This document shows positions 39,393-48,914 of a stretch of 64,000 nucleotides of DNA, piece after piece (the stretch's first letter is position 1; the number at the start of each line of letters is the position of its first letter). Made by a program: the position numbers and the translations under genes. The DNA comes from an uncultured Candidatus Rokubacteria bacterium. Lineage in GTDB: Bacteria; Methylomirabilota; Methylomirabilia; Rokubacteriales; CSP1-6. The stretch is taken from contig CAVYTA010000006.1 of NCBI GenBank assembly GCA_963771355.1, positions 1,632,001-1,696,000 of the forward strand, in the 5' to 3' direction. The notes under the pieces were generated by a model. The model was not told where the DNA came from. It saw only the letters and a program-made list of their open reading frames with translations, and did not search any database.

Positions 39393-40517
39393 CTACGGGA
39401 GCGCGGCGAACTCGACGCCGGGGTAGTAGTACTGGAGGATCTGGCGCGCGGAATAGCCGAGCTGCGCCATGGACTTGGCGCCCGCCTGATCCAGCCCCAC
39501 CCCGTGGCCGTAGCCGCGCCCGGCGAAGCGGGCCAGGCTACCGTCCACCGCCACCGCGAAGAGCGTGCTCTTGAGCACGTCGTAGCCGACCAGACGCCGG
39601 AAGTCGTTGCCGCGCAGGACGAGGCTCCGCGCACTGCCCTGCACCGAGATGCGCGTGACGCGAAGCGAGACGCTCCGCTCCAGCACGTCCAGCGCGAGCA
39701 CCCGGCCGACCCCCTGACCCCCGCGCTGCAGCGCCGCCTCCAGCGTCGCCAGCGGCACGTCGAGCGTCCAGTTGTGATGGGGAGAGTCCGACGGGAAATC
39801 CACCCGCACCGGCGGCAAGGCCGGCATGTTGGTGGCGGCGAAGACCATCCGCGGGTCCTCGGTGTGGCCACCACTATCGGTGTGGTAGAAGGCGGGAAAG
39901 AGATCGCCCGCCCAGAGCAGCACCTGCCCCTGCGTCTCGCGTACCGCGCGCCAGACCGGCGAGTCCGCGCTCACCCGCCCCGCGTATTGCTGGTGCACGG
40001 TGGCGGCGACGATCTCGTAGGGCTTGCCCGCGTTGAGCCGGCGGTGGTAGGCCGCGTAGGTCCGCGCGACGATGGCCTGGGCCTTGAGCATCTCCACCGG
40101 CATAGCCTCGCCCGCCTCCGCCTGCACGCTGCCGGTCACGTACTCCTCCAGCGGGAGCTCGTTCACGACGGTGAGACCGTCGCCGGTTCGCCGCACCTCG
40201 ACGACACCCGGGTAGTCGATCCCTCCCACCCGCACCGCGCTCTTCCGCGCCGCCGCCACGCGCAGGGCGTCCGCGCGCAGCCCCGCGCGCCCGAGGCCAC
40301 GCACCTCGAGCCCGGCGCCGCGCTCCACCACGCGGATCCAGGTGGGCGTGGCCCCGGTGAGCGGCCGACCGGCGAGGTCATGGAGGGTGAGAGGGCCGCC
40401 CCCCAGCTCGACCGAGGACACCCCGTCGGCGAGCGCCACGCGGATGGTGTCGCCGGCCGCGAGCGCGGGCCCGGCGCCGACGAGCACGGCCGCGAGCCAC
40501 AGCAGCGCGAGAATCAG
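39393..40517 (-). CDS. SpoIID/LytB-domain lytic transglycosylase; start uncertain (possibly CTG at 40517)
   Basis: LEEYV, KAQAIVARTYA and GHGVGLDQ motifs, with a signal-peptide-like N-terminus. Confidence 0.88.
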   Translation of the reverse strand: MILALLWLAAVLVGAGPALAAGDTIRVALADGVSSVELGGGPLTLHDLAGRPLTGATPTWIRVVERGAGLEVRGLGRAGLRADALRVAAARKSAVRVGGIDYPGVVEVRRTGDGLTVVNELPLEEYVTGSVQAEAGEAMPVEMLKAQAIVARTYAAYHRRLNAGKPYEIVAATVHQQYAGRVSADSPVWRAVRETQGQVLLWAGDLFPAFYHTDSGGHTEDPRMVFAATNMPALPPVRVDFPSDSPHHNWTLDVPLATLEAALQRGGQGVGRVLALDVLERSVSLRVTRISVQGSARSLVLRGNDFRRLVGYDVLKSTLFAVAVDGSLARFAGRGYGHGVGLDQAGAKSMAQLGYSARQILQYYYPGVEFAALP

Positions 40518-40741
40518 CGGCGACCGAAGACGGCCAGGATCAGGGTGAGAACGATCGAGATGAGGAGCGAGGTGCCGAGGGGGATGTAGATATTCCAGCC
40601 CCCACGCTGGATGTAGATGTCCCCGGGGAGTCGGCCGAGCCATGGCACCTTTCCTGTGAGGCTGCCCGCGAGCAGCAGAATTACTCCCAGGAGTAGCATG
40701 ACCACGCCGAACCCCACGAGGATTTTGCCCAGATCCGTCAA
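40514..40741 (-). CDS. DUF2905-family small membrane protein
   Basis: LGRLPGDI...YIPLGTS motif, in the usual position after ruvB. Confidence 0.88.
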   Translation of the reverse strand: MTDLGKILVGFGVVMLLLGVILLLAGSLTGKVPWLGRLPGDIYIQRGGWNIYIPLGTSLLISIVLTLILAVFGRR

Positions 40742-41775
40742 GACAGCGGGAGCTCTCCCTGTCCGATCTCCCGCGCCGGCCGCGCGTAGCCGAGATGCGC
40801 GTAGGCGGCGCCGGTGGCCCGGCGGCCGCTGGGCGTGCGCACGATGAAGCCGACTTTCAGGAGGAACGGTTCCACGACTTCCGCGAGCGTCTCCGCCTCG
40901 TCGTTGATGGTGGCGGCGATGGCCTCGAGCCCGGCGGGGCCGCCGCCGTACTGCTCAATGAGGGCCGCGAGGAAGCGCCGGTCCAGGCGGTCGAGCCCCG
41001 CCGTGTCCACGCCCTCACGGTCCAGCGCATCGCGCGCGATCGCCGCCGTCACCACGCCCTGGGCCTTGACCTGGGCATAGTCACGCACTCGCCGGAGCAG
41101 ACGGTTCACGATGCGCGGGGTGCCGCGGGCCCGCCGCGCGATGGCCTCCGCGCCGCTGGGCTCGAGCGGCGCGCCGAGGATGGACGCCGACCGCGTCACG
41201 ATCGACACCAGGTCCTCCAGCTCGTAGAAGTCCAGGTGGTGGAAGATGCCGAAGCGCTCGCGCAGCGGCGAGCTGAGCATGCCCGGCCGGGTGGTGGCGG
41301 CCACGAGCGTGAACGGCCGGAGGGGGATGCGCATGGTGCGTGCGTTGAGCCCCTTGTCCATCACGAAGTTGACCGCGAAGTCCTCCATGGCGGGATAGAG
41401 GAGCTCCTCCACCATGCGCGGGAGCCGGTGGATCTCGTCGATGAAGAGGACGTCGCGCTCGCCCAGGTTGGTCAGGATGCCCATCAGGTCGGCCCCCCGA
41501 TCCAGCGAAGGCCCGGCGGTGGTCACCAGCGCGGCGTTCATCTCATTGGCCATGATGGTGGCCAGGGTGGTCTTGCCCAGTCCCGGGGGGCCGGACAGCA
41601 GCACGTGGTCCAGCGGCTCGCCGCGTCCGCGCGCCGCCTCCACCGAGATGCGCAGGCTCTCCACCGCCGCGCGCTGACCGACGTACTCGTCCAGCCGCTG
41701 GGGACGGAGCTGCCGCTCGAGCTGCACCTCCTCGGGGAGCGCGCCGCGGCTCATCACGCGCGCCTCGTCCGTCAC
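40738..41775 (-). CDS. ruvB: Holliday junction helicase RuvB
   Basis: LRPQRLDEYVGQ, GPPGLGKTTLA and FIDEIHRL motifs. Confidence 0.97.
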   Translation of the reverse strand: MTDEARVMSRGALPEEVQLERQLRPQRLDEYVGQRAAVESLRISVEAARGRGEPLDHVLLSGPPGLGKTTLATIMANEMNAALVTTAGPSLDRGADLMGILTNLGERDVLFIDEIHRLPRMVEELLYPAMEDFAVNFVMDKGLNARTMRIPLRPFTLVAATTRPGMLSSPLRERFGIFHHLDFYELEDLVSIVTRSASILGAPLEPSGAEAIARRARGTPRIVNRLLRRVRDYAQVKAQGVVTAAIARDALDREGVDTAGLDRLDRRFLAALIEQYGGGPAGLEAIAATINDEAETLAEVVEPFLLKVGFIVRTPSGRRATGAAYAHLGYARPAREIGQGELPLS

Positions 41776-42461
41776 CGGCTGCTCCCGGTGCCCGCCCGTC
41801 CATCACCAACCCCTCCGCCGCCCGCCCGGTAGATCTCCTCGAAGAGCTCCTCGGGGGTCGTGAGGTCCGGGCGGCGCCCGAGCGCCTTGTCGATGAGGGC
41901 GGCCGCCTCGCTGGGCCGGTGGCCGAGCTGCTTGACGAGCACCTCGAACACCATCCCGCGCAGGCCTTCCTCGTCCAGCGGCGGGGCGGACCGGCCGGCG
42001 GGGACCGGAGCCCCCGCGTCCGCCAGGAGCGCGAACTTCGCCACCTTGCTCGAGAGCTGGGCCACGATGTTCTTGGCCTTCTGGGGCCCGATCCCGGGCA
42101 GGCGGCGCAGATACCCCTCGTCTTGACGCGCGATGGCGGCGGCGATGTCGCCCACCGGCGCGGCGAGCGCGCGCGCGGCCACCAGGGGGCCCACGTCCTT
42201 CACCGTGATGAGCTTCTCGAAGAACTCCTTGTCGAGCTCGGAGATGAAGCCGATGAGCACCGGGCGCGGCTGATTCTGGGTGGCGTGATAGTGGATGGCC
42301 AGCGCCACCTCGGGTCCGCCGTCGCCGTTGGCGCCGGCCACGTCCACGAGCGCGCGCTGAGTCACCGGGGGCAGGAACACCTCGTAGCCCACGCCGGCCG
42401 CCTCCAGGATGACGCGGTCCTCGTACCTGGCCCGCACGCGTCCGCGCAGCGATGCGATCAC
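41772..42461 (-). CDS. ruvA: Holliday junction DNA-binding protein RuvA
   Basis: MIASLRG, GVGYEV and two HhH motifs, between ruvC and ruvB. Confidence 0.9.
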   Translation of the reverse strand: MIASLRGRVRARYEDRVILEAAGVGYEVFLPPVTQRALVDVAGANGDGGPEVALAIHYHATQNQPRPVLIGFISELDKEFFEKLITVKDVGPLVAARALAAPVGDIAAAIARQDEGYLRRLPGIGPQKAKNIVAQLSSKVAKFALLADAGAPVPAGRSAPPLDEEGLRGMVFEVLVKQLGHRPSEAAALIDKALGRRPDLTTPEELFEEIYRAGGGGVGDGRAGTGSSR

Positions 42462-42467
42462 GTGCTC

Positions 42468-42592
42468 CGCTCGTCATCGCTCGTCGGCTGGTCGGTTCGC
42501 CGCTCGCTCGCTCCGCTCGGGAACTTTCCATATCCGCTCGGCTCGCCTTCGGCTGCGCCTCGCCAAACTCGGTATCCACTCGACGCTCGTCA
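42468..42592 (-). repeat. Intergenic interspersed element flanked by a 9-bp direct repeat
   Basis: TGACGAGCG (minus strand) at 42584-42592 and 42468-42476. The internal 30-mer at 42535-42564 is 29/30 identical to 51268-51297. Confidence 0.65.
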
Positions 42593-43108
42593 CGCAAGCG
42601 GCGCCGCGGTGATGGCGCGCCCGGTGGGCGTGCGACCGGTGATGCGGGCCATGCCGGTCAGCGCGAGGCCGAGGGCGTCGGCCACGTGCGACGGCCGCGG
42701 CAGCTCCTTGAGCCCGAGGAGCGTCTGCACGCCCCGCTGCATCTGGGCCTTGCCCGCCGCGCCGTTGCCGGTGATGGCGCGCTTCACCTCGGACGCCGAA
42801 AGCGCCAGCACGGAGACGCCCAGCTGGCGCGCGGCGAGATAGATGACCCCGCGGGCATGCCCCATGAGGATGGCGGTGCGCGGGAACTTGTACTCGGTGT
42901 AGAGGTCCTCGACCACCACCAGCCCGGGGGCGCGATCCGCCATGAGCCGGTGCACCGCGCCGTGGATGGCGTTGAGCCGGGTCTCGAGGGACTGCCCGGC
43001 GACGGTGCTGACGACCCCCGCGTCGATCACCGTGAACCCGTGCCCGTCGGCTTCGAGCACTCCGAAGCCCGTGTCCACGAGGCCCGGATCCACGCCCATG
43101 ACCCGCAG
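42590..43108 (-). CDS. ruvC: Crossover junction endodeoxyribonuclease RuvC
   Basis: GVDPG, VVVE, MGHARGV, KAQM and ADALGLA motifs. Start is CTG 43108 or ATG 43099. Confidence 0.95.
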   Translation of the reverse strand: MRVMGVDPGLVDTGFGVLEADGHGFTVIDAGVVSTVAGQSLETRLNAIHGAVHRLMADRAPGLVVVEDLYTEYKFPRTAILMGHARGVIYLAARQLGVSVLALSASEVKRAITGNGAAGKAQMQRGVQTLLGLKELPRPSHVADALGLALTGMARITGRTPTGRAITAAPLA

Positions 43109-43112
43109 CGCG

Positions 43113-43865
43113 CTAGGCCGCGGAGATGGCGTCGAGGACCTCGTCGGGAATGTCGTAGTTCGAGTAGACAGCCTGGACGTCGTCCTGCTCCTCGAGGGCC
43201 TCGATGAGCCGCAGCAGCGCCGCGGCATCCTTGCCCTCCACGCGCACGGTGGACTGCGGGATCATGGCCGCGGTGGCCTCGAGCACGGGGACGCCCTGCC
43301 CTTCCAGCGCGCTCCGCACCGCCTCTATTTCATCAGCCGCCGTCGTGATCTCGAAAGCTTTTTCCACTCGCTTCACGTCCACCGCGCCGGCATCGAGCGC
43401 TTTCTCGAGGAGGTCGTCCTCCTTGATCCGCTCGGCATCCACCTGGACCACCCCGCGCCGGTCGAACATCCACGCCACGCAGCCCATGGTGCCCATGCGG
43501 CCGCTGTTCTTCTCGAAGGTATGCCGCAGCTCGGGGCCCGTGCGGTTCTTGTTGTCGGTGAGGACCTGCACCAGCACCGCCACGCCGCCGGGCCCGTAGC
43601 CCTCGTAGGTGATCTCCTCGTAGCTCTCCCCCGGGAGCTCGCCGGTGCCCTTCTGGACGGCGCGCTTGACGTTGTCGGCGGGCATGTTGGCGGCCTTGGC
43701 CGACTCGATGGCCGCCTTGAGCCGGACGTTGCCCTTGGGATCCCCGCCCCCATTGCGCGCCGCCACCGTGATTTCCCGGAGGATCTTCGAGAAGAGCTTC
43801 CCCCGCTGGACGTCGGTTTTGCCCTTCTTCCGCTTGATCTGCGACCACCGTGAATGTCCCGACAT
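43113..43865 (-). CDS. yebC: YebC/PmpR family protein
   Basis: MSGHSRWSQIKRKK, YEGYGPGG and DNKNRT motifs. Confidence 0.96.
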   Translation of the reverse strand: MSGHSRWSQIKRKKGKTDVQRGKLFSKILREITVAARNGGGDPKGNVRLKAAIESAKAANMPADNVKRAVQKGTGELPGESYEEITYEGYGPGGVAVLVQVLTDNKNRTGPELRHTFEKNSGRMGTMGCVAWMFDRRGVVQVDAERIKEDDLLEKALDAGAVDVKRVEKAFEITTAADEIEAVRSALEGQGVPVLEATAAMIPQSTVRVEGKDAAALLRLIEALEEQDDVQAVYSNYDIPDEVLDAISAA

Positions 43866-43871
43866 GGCCCC

Positions 43872-44855
43872 TCACCTTCCCTCGTTGATGGATGCCTTGA
43901 GCGCCTTCACGCGCGCCAGCCGCCGCTCCCGCCGCCCCAGCGCTTCCTCCCAGCGTCGCTGCTCTTCCGGGGTGGCCGGGGTGAAGGGCGGACAGGGCTG
44001 GGGCCGGAGGTCCGCCCCCAGGTGCACGTAGGTCAGGTACGCGGTGCAGGCGTGGCGGGTCTCCCCCGTCATCGGCACCTCGGTGAGCACCTTCACCCCC
44101 ACCTCCAGCGAGGACGTCCCCACGTGGTTCAGCCCCGCCCTGAACGTCACCACCTCGTGCGTCGAGATGGGCGAGTAGAAATCCAGCGCGTCCAGGCACG
44201 CGGTCATGACGAGACCGCGGGTGTAGCGCATCGAGAGGATGCCGCCCGCCTCGTCCACGTCCATGAGCAGCTTGCCCGGAAACATGGTGTTACCGAAGAG
44301 CGTGTCCTCCGGCAGCACGGACCGGCTCGACTCGAACCGCCACCGCAGCTGCTCGGTGCCGTCGTCGGCGACGTCACGTGCCCGCGCGGCGCGCCGGTGG
44401 AGCCGCTCCAGCCGGTGCCGTCGCCGCACCTGGGCCGCCTCGAACAGTGCCCCCTCATCTGCCCCCCGCGGCAGGATGGCGTCGGGCACGGGCGCGGGCC
44501 GGAAGCGCTCGTCCATCTTCACGAAGACGAGATGCGAGGACAGCGTCAGCGCGCGGGCCCCGGTCGTCACGTTCTCGGAGTAGACGCGCACCCCCACCTC
44601 GAGAGAGCAGCGGCCGACGAACTCGACCTGCGCCCGCAGCACCGCTACCTCCCCGACCTTCACCGGATGGAGGAAGTCGATGTCGTCCATGGCCCCGAGC
44701 ACCACGTTCCCCCTGGCCACCCGCGACGCGGCGATGGTCCCCACGGTGGCGATCCACTGCATCATCCGACCGCCATGTATCTGCCCGGGGGCGCCCGCGT
44801 GCTCGGGGAACACCCACTGGACCATCTCGGTTACGGTGTCAGCGATTGAGGGCAT
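43872..44855 (-). CDS. Double-hotdog acyl-CoA thioesterase
   Basis: Two hotdog repeats (HGGRMMQWI...; FPGKLLMDVDEA; SSLEVGV). Confidence 0.88.
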   Translation of the reverse strand: MPSIADTVTEMVQWVFPEHAGAPGQIHGGRMMQWIATVGTIAASRVARGNVVLGAMDDIDFLHPVKVGEVAVLRAQVEFVGRCSLEVGVRVYSENVTTGARALTLSSHLVFVKMDERFRPAPVPDAILPRGADEGALFEAAQVRRRHRLERLHRRAARARDVADDGTEQLRWRFESSRSVLPEDTLFGNTMFPGKLLMDVDEAGGILSMRYTRGLVMTACLDALDFYSPISTHEVVTFRAGLNHVGTSSLEVGVKVLTEVPMTGETRHACTAYLTYVHLGADLRPQPCPPFTPATPEEQRRWEEALGRRERRLARVKALKASINEGR

Positions 44856-44935
44856 CGGTCAGCCGCGGAGTGTGCTGCAACTCCTCCGTGTTTCTACCAT
44901 GTGGCCCGTTCGCAAGTCCAGCCGCCCCGTCCGCT

Positions 44936-46483
44936 TCACGGTCGCGAGCCCGCGTCGACGAGGACGCGATCGAGACGGTGGAAGCCGCTCGGGTGCAGCC
45001 GGAGATTGCGCACTTCGGGCCGCGCCACCATCCAGTGCAGCCGCACGTAGAGCGGAAGCCACGGCGCCTCGTCGACGAGCAGGGCCTGGGCGCGGGCGTA
45101 GACGCGCTGGCGCTCGAGGCGGCCGGACAGCTGGCTTCCGCGAATGAGGAGATCGTCCAGGCGCGGGTTCCGGAAGAAGGAAAGGTTCAGCGCGCCCGTC
45201 CCCTTGCCCACCCCCTCGCTGGTGGAGAGCGGGTAGAGAAGGAGATGGGGATCGCCGCCCTCGGCCGCCGCCTCCGCCAGCACCATCTGGTGCTCGCCCT
45301 TCTGCGCCAGCCGGCGCGCGTCGGACGGCGGCGGCGTCGACACGGTGAGGTTCACGCCGTTGGGCGCCAGCGCGCCGCGCAGCGCCTCCGCGACGCGCGC
45401 CCCATCGAGCGGGGGCGCGAGCGAGGTCACCAGCAGGCTCACCGAGATCGCACGCACGGCCCCGCCCTCGGTGAGGAGCCGCCGCGCGATCTCCCCCCGG
45501 CTCTCGGCGGGGGGCGCCGGCACCGGCACATGCCCCCACATCCCCGGCGGCAGCACGCTGGTGAGCGGGATGGCCAGAGGATCGAGCGCGGGGCCCAGTG
45601 CCGCCTGGTTCAGGGCGGCCGCGACCCCCTGGCGGATGCGGCGCCGCCCGAACGGTTCCCGCTCGGTCTGCATGGCGAGATAGCCGATGCGCCAGCCGGG
45701 TACCGCGAGCGCCCCGGCCAGCCGCGACGGCGCGGCGAGCGGCAGGTACGCGTCGAGCGCCCGCGCGTCCAGATCGGCGACCGCGCGCGCCTCGTCACCC
45801 TGCTCCACGAACACCAGGCGGCTGGTTCGAGCCGTCCCGCCCCAGTAGGCCGGGTTGGCCTCGAGCACCACCCGGCCCGGCAGGCTCTCGGCGACGAGGA
45901 ACGGGCCGGTGCCGGCCCATCGCGCGGAGCCGTCGGCCCCCTGGGACAGGCGCACGATGGCGAGCGCGGGATGAGCGAGCACGCTCAGGAGCGGCGCGTA
46001 CGGCAGCGCGAGGACGATCTGCACCGTGCGCGGATCCGGCACGCGCACCGCCTTGACCACCCCGGGGGTGCCCCGCAGGAGGCGTGGCACCACGGGATTG
46101 GCGGCGGGCGCGCCGGCCGCGCCCGGGAAGAGCACGCGCTCGAGGCTGGCCGCCACCGCGGCGGCGGCCAGGGGGGTCCCGTCGTGGAAACGCACGCCGT
46201 CCCGCAGACGGAACGACCACGTGAGACCGTCGCGGGACACCTGCCACTGCGTGGCCAACCCGGGCTCGACGTCGCTCGATCCCTCGCGGTACTGCAGCAG
46301 AGAGTCGAACACCTGCCGCGCCAGCAGCCCGGAGGACGCGTCCGCGGCGAGTGCGGGATCCACGCTGGCGGGCAGGGCCGGCACCGCCACCCGGAGCATG
46401 CCGCCCTGCGCACCGACGAGGCCCGGGCCGAGGAGCACCGCCAGGACACAAGCTAAGGCGGTGCGTGTGGCGGCGAGGGGCAT
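44936..46483 (-). CDS. ABC transporter substrate-binding protein, family 5 (peptide/nickel)
   Basis: PGLATQW, LRDGVRFHDG and GTGPF motifs, plus a signal peptide. Confidence 0.88.
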   Translation of the reverse strand: MPLAATRTALACVLAVLLGPGLVGAQGGMLRVAVPALPASVDPALAADASSGLLARQVFDSLLQYREGSSDVEPGLATQWQVSRDGLTWSFRLRDGVRFHDGTPLAAAAVAASLERVLFPGAAGAPAANPVVPRLLRGTPGVVKAVRVPDPRTVQIVLALPYAPLLSVLAHPALAIVRLSQGADGSARWAGTGPFLVAESLPGRVVLEANPAYWGGTARTSRLVFVEQGDEARAVADLDARALDAYLPLAAPSRLAGALAVPGWRIGYLAMQTEREPFGRRRIRQGVAAALNQAALGPALDPLAIPLTSVLPPGMWGHVPVPAPPAESRGEIARRLLTEGGAVRAISVSLLVTSLAPPLDGARVAEALRGALAPNGVNLTVSTPPPSDARRLAQKGEHQMVLAEAAAEGGDPHLLLYPLSTSEGVGKGTGALNLSFFRNPRLDDLLIRGSQLSGRLERQRVYARAQALLVDEAPWLPLYVRLHWMVARPEVRNLRLHPSGFHRLDRVLVDAGSRP

Positions 46484-46651
46484 GTCGTAGTTATACGCCC
46501 GAAGCCGCGAGCCTGCGACGCTCGCCGCACCGGCAAATTTTCGTCCTTCCGACGGCACTTTTTGAAGCGAAGATGGGCAATCAGGGTGGGGGCGGTCGCC
46601 AGAAACCCTGCATCTCCCTGGATACACTCACGTCCGGGTTTCGACCAGACG

Positions 46652-46666
46652 TGGCATCGAACTTGC
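46652..46666 (+). promoter_or_regulatory. Putative sigma54 -24/-12 promoter
   Basis: TGGCATCGAACTTGC matches the TGGCAC-N5-TTGC spacing, inside a 480-bp lower-GC intergenic region. Confidence 0.4.
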
Positions 46667-46851
46667 CCTCGGAGCAAAGGTTGTATAGGCACATGATCCC
46701 GATCGACGCAAGACGGCTTTCGTCATGTCGAGGAACCGGGGAGATCGACGAGATGTTTGACACGGTGAGCGGTGGTGTATGGAGTCGGGCCGAGCAAGGG
46801 AAACGTCATATGAATTCGGTGGATGTCAACGATTGTTCAGGGCCAATTCCC

Positions 46852-46881
46852 TTGACTTGCTGCGAAACCGGCCCCTATACT
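46852..46881 (+). promoter_or_regulatory. sigma70 promoter of the proteasome operon
   Basis: TTGACT - 18 bp - TATACT upstream of arc. Confidence 0.7.
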
Positions 46882-46964
46882 GAGGTCGCGCGTGGGGACT
46901 TTCGCCCCCGATGGGCGCGCCTGACGCGGAGCCCGCTGAGTCACCGAGAAAGGAACGGGCGGAC

Positions 46965-48797
46965 ATGAAGGAGTTCGAGAAGAAACCGAACCCGAGCCGC
47001 GAGCCTGCCTCCGAAGGCATGAAGGGGCTCTCCAAGTTCCTTCCCATGACCGACTCGAATTACCGCCGGCGTCTCACCGAGTACGAGGTGCAGGTGCAGG
47101 ATCTCCAGGCCTACGTGCGGTCGCTCGAGGCCGAGTCGGTACGGTTGCGCAAGAAGGTCGAGGACGCGCCAAAAGAGGCGATGGTCCTCGAGAACAAGCT
47201 GCGCGAGGCCAACCGCCAGCTGGTCCAGTCGTTCAATCAGAATGAGAAGCTCGTCAACACCCTCTACGAGGCGCGCGAGCAGATCGCCTCGCTTCGCGAG
47301 GAGGTCGACAAGCTCTGCGCGCCGCCGTCCACCTACGGCGTCTACCTGTCCGTCAACGAGGACGCCACCGTCAACATCCTCTCGCAGGGCCGCAAGGTGA
47401 AGGTGAACCTGCACCCGTCGCTCAAGGTCGAGGACATCAAGCCCGGCCAGGAGCTCGTGCTCAACGAGGGGCTCAACGTCGTCGAGACGGCCGGCTACGA
47501 GATCCAGGGCGAGGTCGTCATCCTCAAGGAGGTCCTCGACGAGGCCCGCGCGGTGGTGACCCTGCGCGCGGACGAGGACAAGGTCGGCATCATCGCCGAT
47601 CCCCTCCGTACGGAAAAGCTCAAGGTCGGGGATCACATCCTGATGGACAGCAAGAGCGGCTACCTGCTCGAGAAGCTTCCCAAGAGCGAGGTGGAAGACC
47701 TCACCCTCGAGGAAGTCCCGGACATCAGCTACGAGAATATCGGTGGGCTGCAGAACCAGCTCGAGACGATCAAGGACGCGGTCGAGCTTCCCTACCTCTA
47801 CTCGGACTACTACAAGGAGCACCACCTCGCCCCGCCCAAGGGCGTGCTGCTCTACGGCCCTCCCGGTTGCGGCAAGACCATGATCGCCAAGGCCGTCGCC
47901 AATAACCTCGCGGCCCGTATCTCGGAGAAGCGCGGGGAAAAGGTCAAGGGCTTCTTCCTCAACATCAAGGGCCCCGAGCTGCTCAACAAGTACGTGGGCG
48001 AGACGGAGCGCAAGATCCGCGAGATCTTCATCAAGGCCCGCGAGAAGGCCGCCGAGGACGTGCCGGTGGTGGTCTTCTTCGACGAGATGGACGCGCTCTT
48101 CCGCACGCGGGGGTCCGGCATCTCGTCCGACGTCGAGACCACCATCGTGCCTCAGCTCCTCGCCGAGATCGACGGCGTCGAGCATCTCCGGAACGTGATC
48201 GTGATCGGCGCGTCGAACCGGCAGGATCTCATCGACCCCGCCATCCTGCGGCCGGGCCGGCTGGACGTGAAGATCAAGATCGAGCGGCCGGACGGACCGG
48301 CGGCAGTGGAAATCTTCAACAAGTACATGACGACCGAGCTACCCATCCACCAGGACGAGATACGCCAGAACGGCGGCGACAGCCAGGGCGCGGTGGACCG
48401 CATGATCGCCGCCACCGTGGAGGAGATGTACAATCTGGGCGATGACAACCGCTTCCTGGAAGTCACCTACGCCAACGGCGACAAGGAGGTTCTCTACTTC
48501 AAGGACTTCTCGTCGGGGGCCATGATCGAGTCCATCGTGCGCCGGGCCAAGAAGCTGGCGCTCAAGCGCTATATCCAGACCGCCGAGAAGGGCATCAAGA
48601 ACGAGGACCTGATCAATGCCGTCCGCGAGGAGTTCAAGGAGAACGAGGATCTCCCCAATACCACCAATCCCGACGACTGGGCCAAGATCGCCGGCAAGAA
48701 GGGCGAGCGGATCGTGTACGTGAAGCCCCTCATGGGCGAGACGAAGGAAAAGAAGCGCGACGTCGAGAAGATCATCAACACCGGCCAGTATCTGTAG
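46965..48797 (+). CDS. arc: Proteasomal AAA+ ATPase ARC/Mpa
   Basis: N-terminal coiled coil, [14 protein letters not shown], and the C-terminal GQYL proteasome-docking motif. Confidence 0.96.
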   Translation: MKEFEKKPNPSREPASEGMKGLSKFLPMTDSNYRRRLTEYEVQVQDLQAYVRSLEAESVRLRKKVEDAPKEAMVLENKLREANRQLVQSFNQNEKLVNTLYEAREQIASLREEVDKLCAPPSTYGVYLSVNEDATVNILSQGRKVKVNLHPSLKVEDIKPGQELVLNEGLNVVETAGYEIQGEVVILKEVLDEARAVVTLRADEDKVGIIADPLRTEKLKVGDHILMDSKSGYLLEKLPKSEVEDLTLEEVPDISYENIGGLQNQLETIKDAVELPYLYSDYYKEHHLAPPKGVLLYGPPGCGKTMIAKAVANNLAARISEKRGEKVKGFFLNIKGPELLNKYVGETERKIREIFIKAREKAAEDVPVVVFFDEMDALFRTRGSGISSDVETTIVPQLLAEIDGVEHLRNVIVIGASNRQDLIDPAILRPGRLDVKIKIERPDGPAAVEIFNKYMTTELPIHQDEIRQNGGDSQGAVDRMIAATVEEMYNLGDDNRFLEVTYANGDKEVLYFKDFSSGAMIESIVRRAKKLALKRYIQTAEKGIKNEDLINAVREEFKENEDLPNTTNPDDWAKIAGKKGERIVYVKPLMGETKEKKRDVEKIINTGQYL

Positions 48798-48807
48798 GAA
48801 TCGAACC

Positions 48808-48834
48808 GCGGCGGGGGCCTCGCGCCCCCGCCGC
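48808..48834. other. GC-rich intergenic hairpin between arc and dop
   Basis: 11-bp perfect stem GCGGCGGGGGC-ctcgc-GCCCCCGCCGC, with no U-tract. Confidence 0.55.
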
Positions 48835-48914
48835 CCCTCCCCCTCACCCTCCGCCCCGCCGTGGTCGGGGTGGTGTCCGCGGAGGGCGAGCCACTGTCCG
48901 CGACCGGGGGGTTC

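Noticed and set aside
46693..46968. ORF upstream of arc containing GEIDEMFD, as a candidate pup
   Set aside because: It has no C-terminal GG[E/Q], is Cys-rich, spans the sigma70 promoter and has no RBS.
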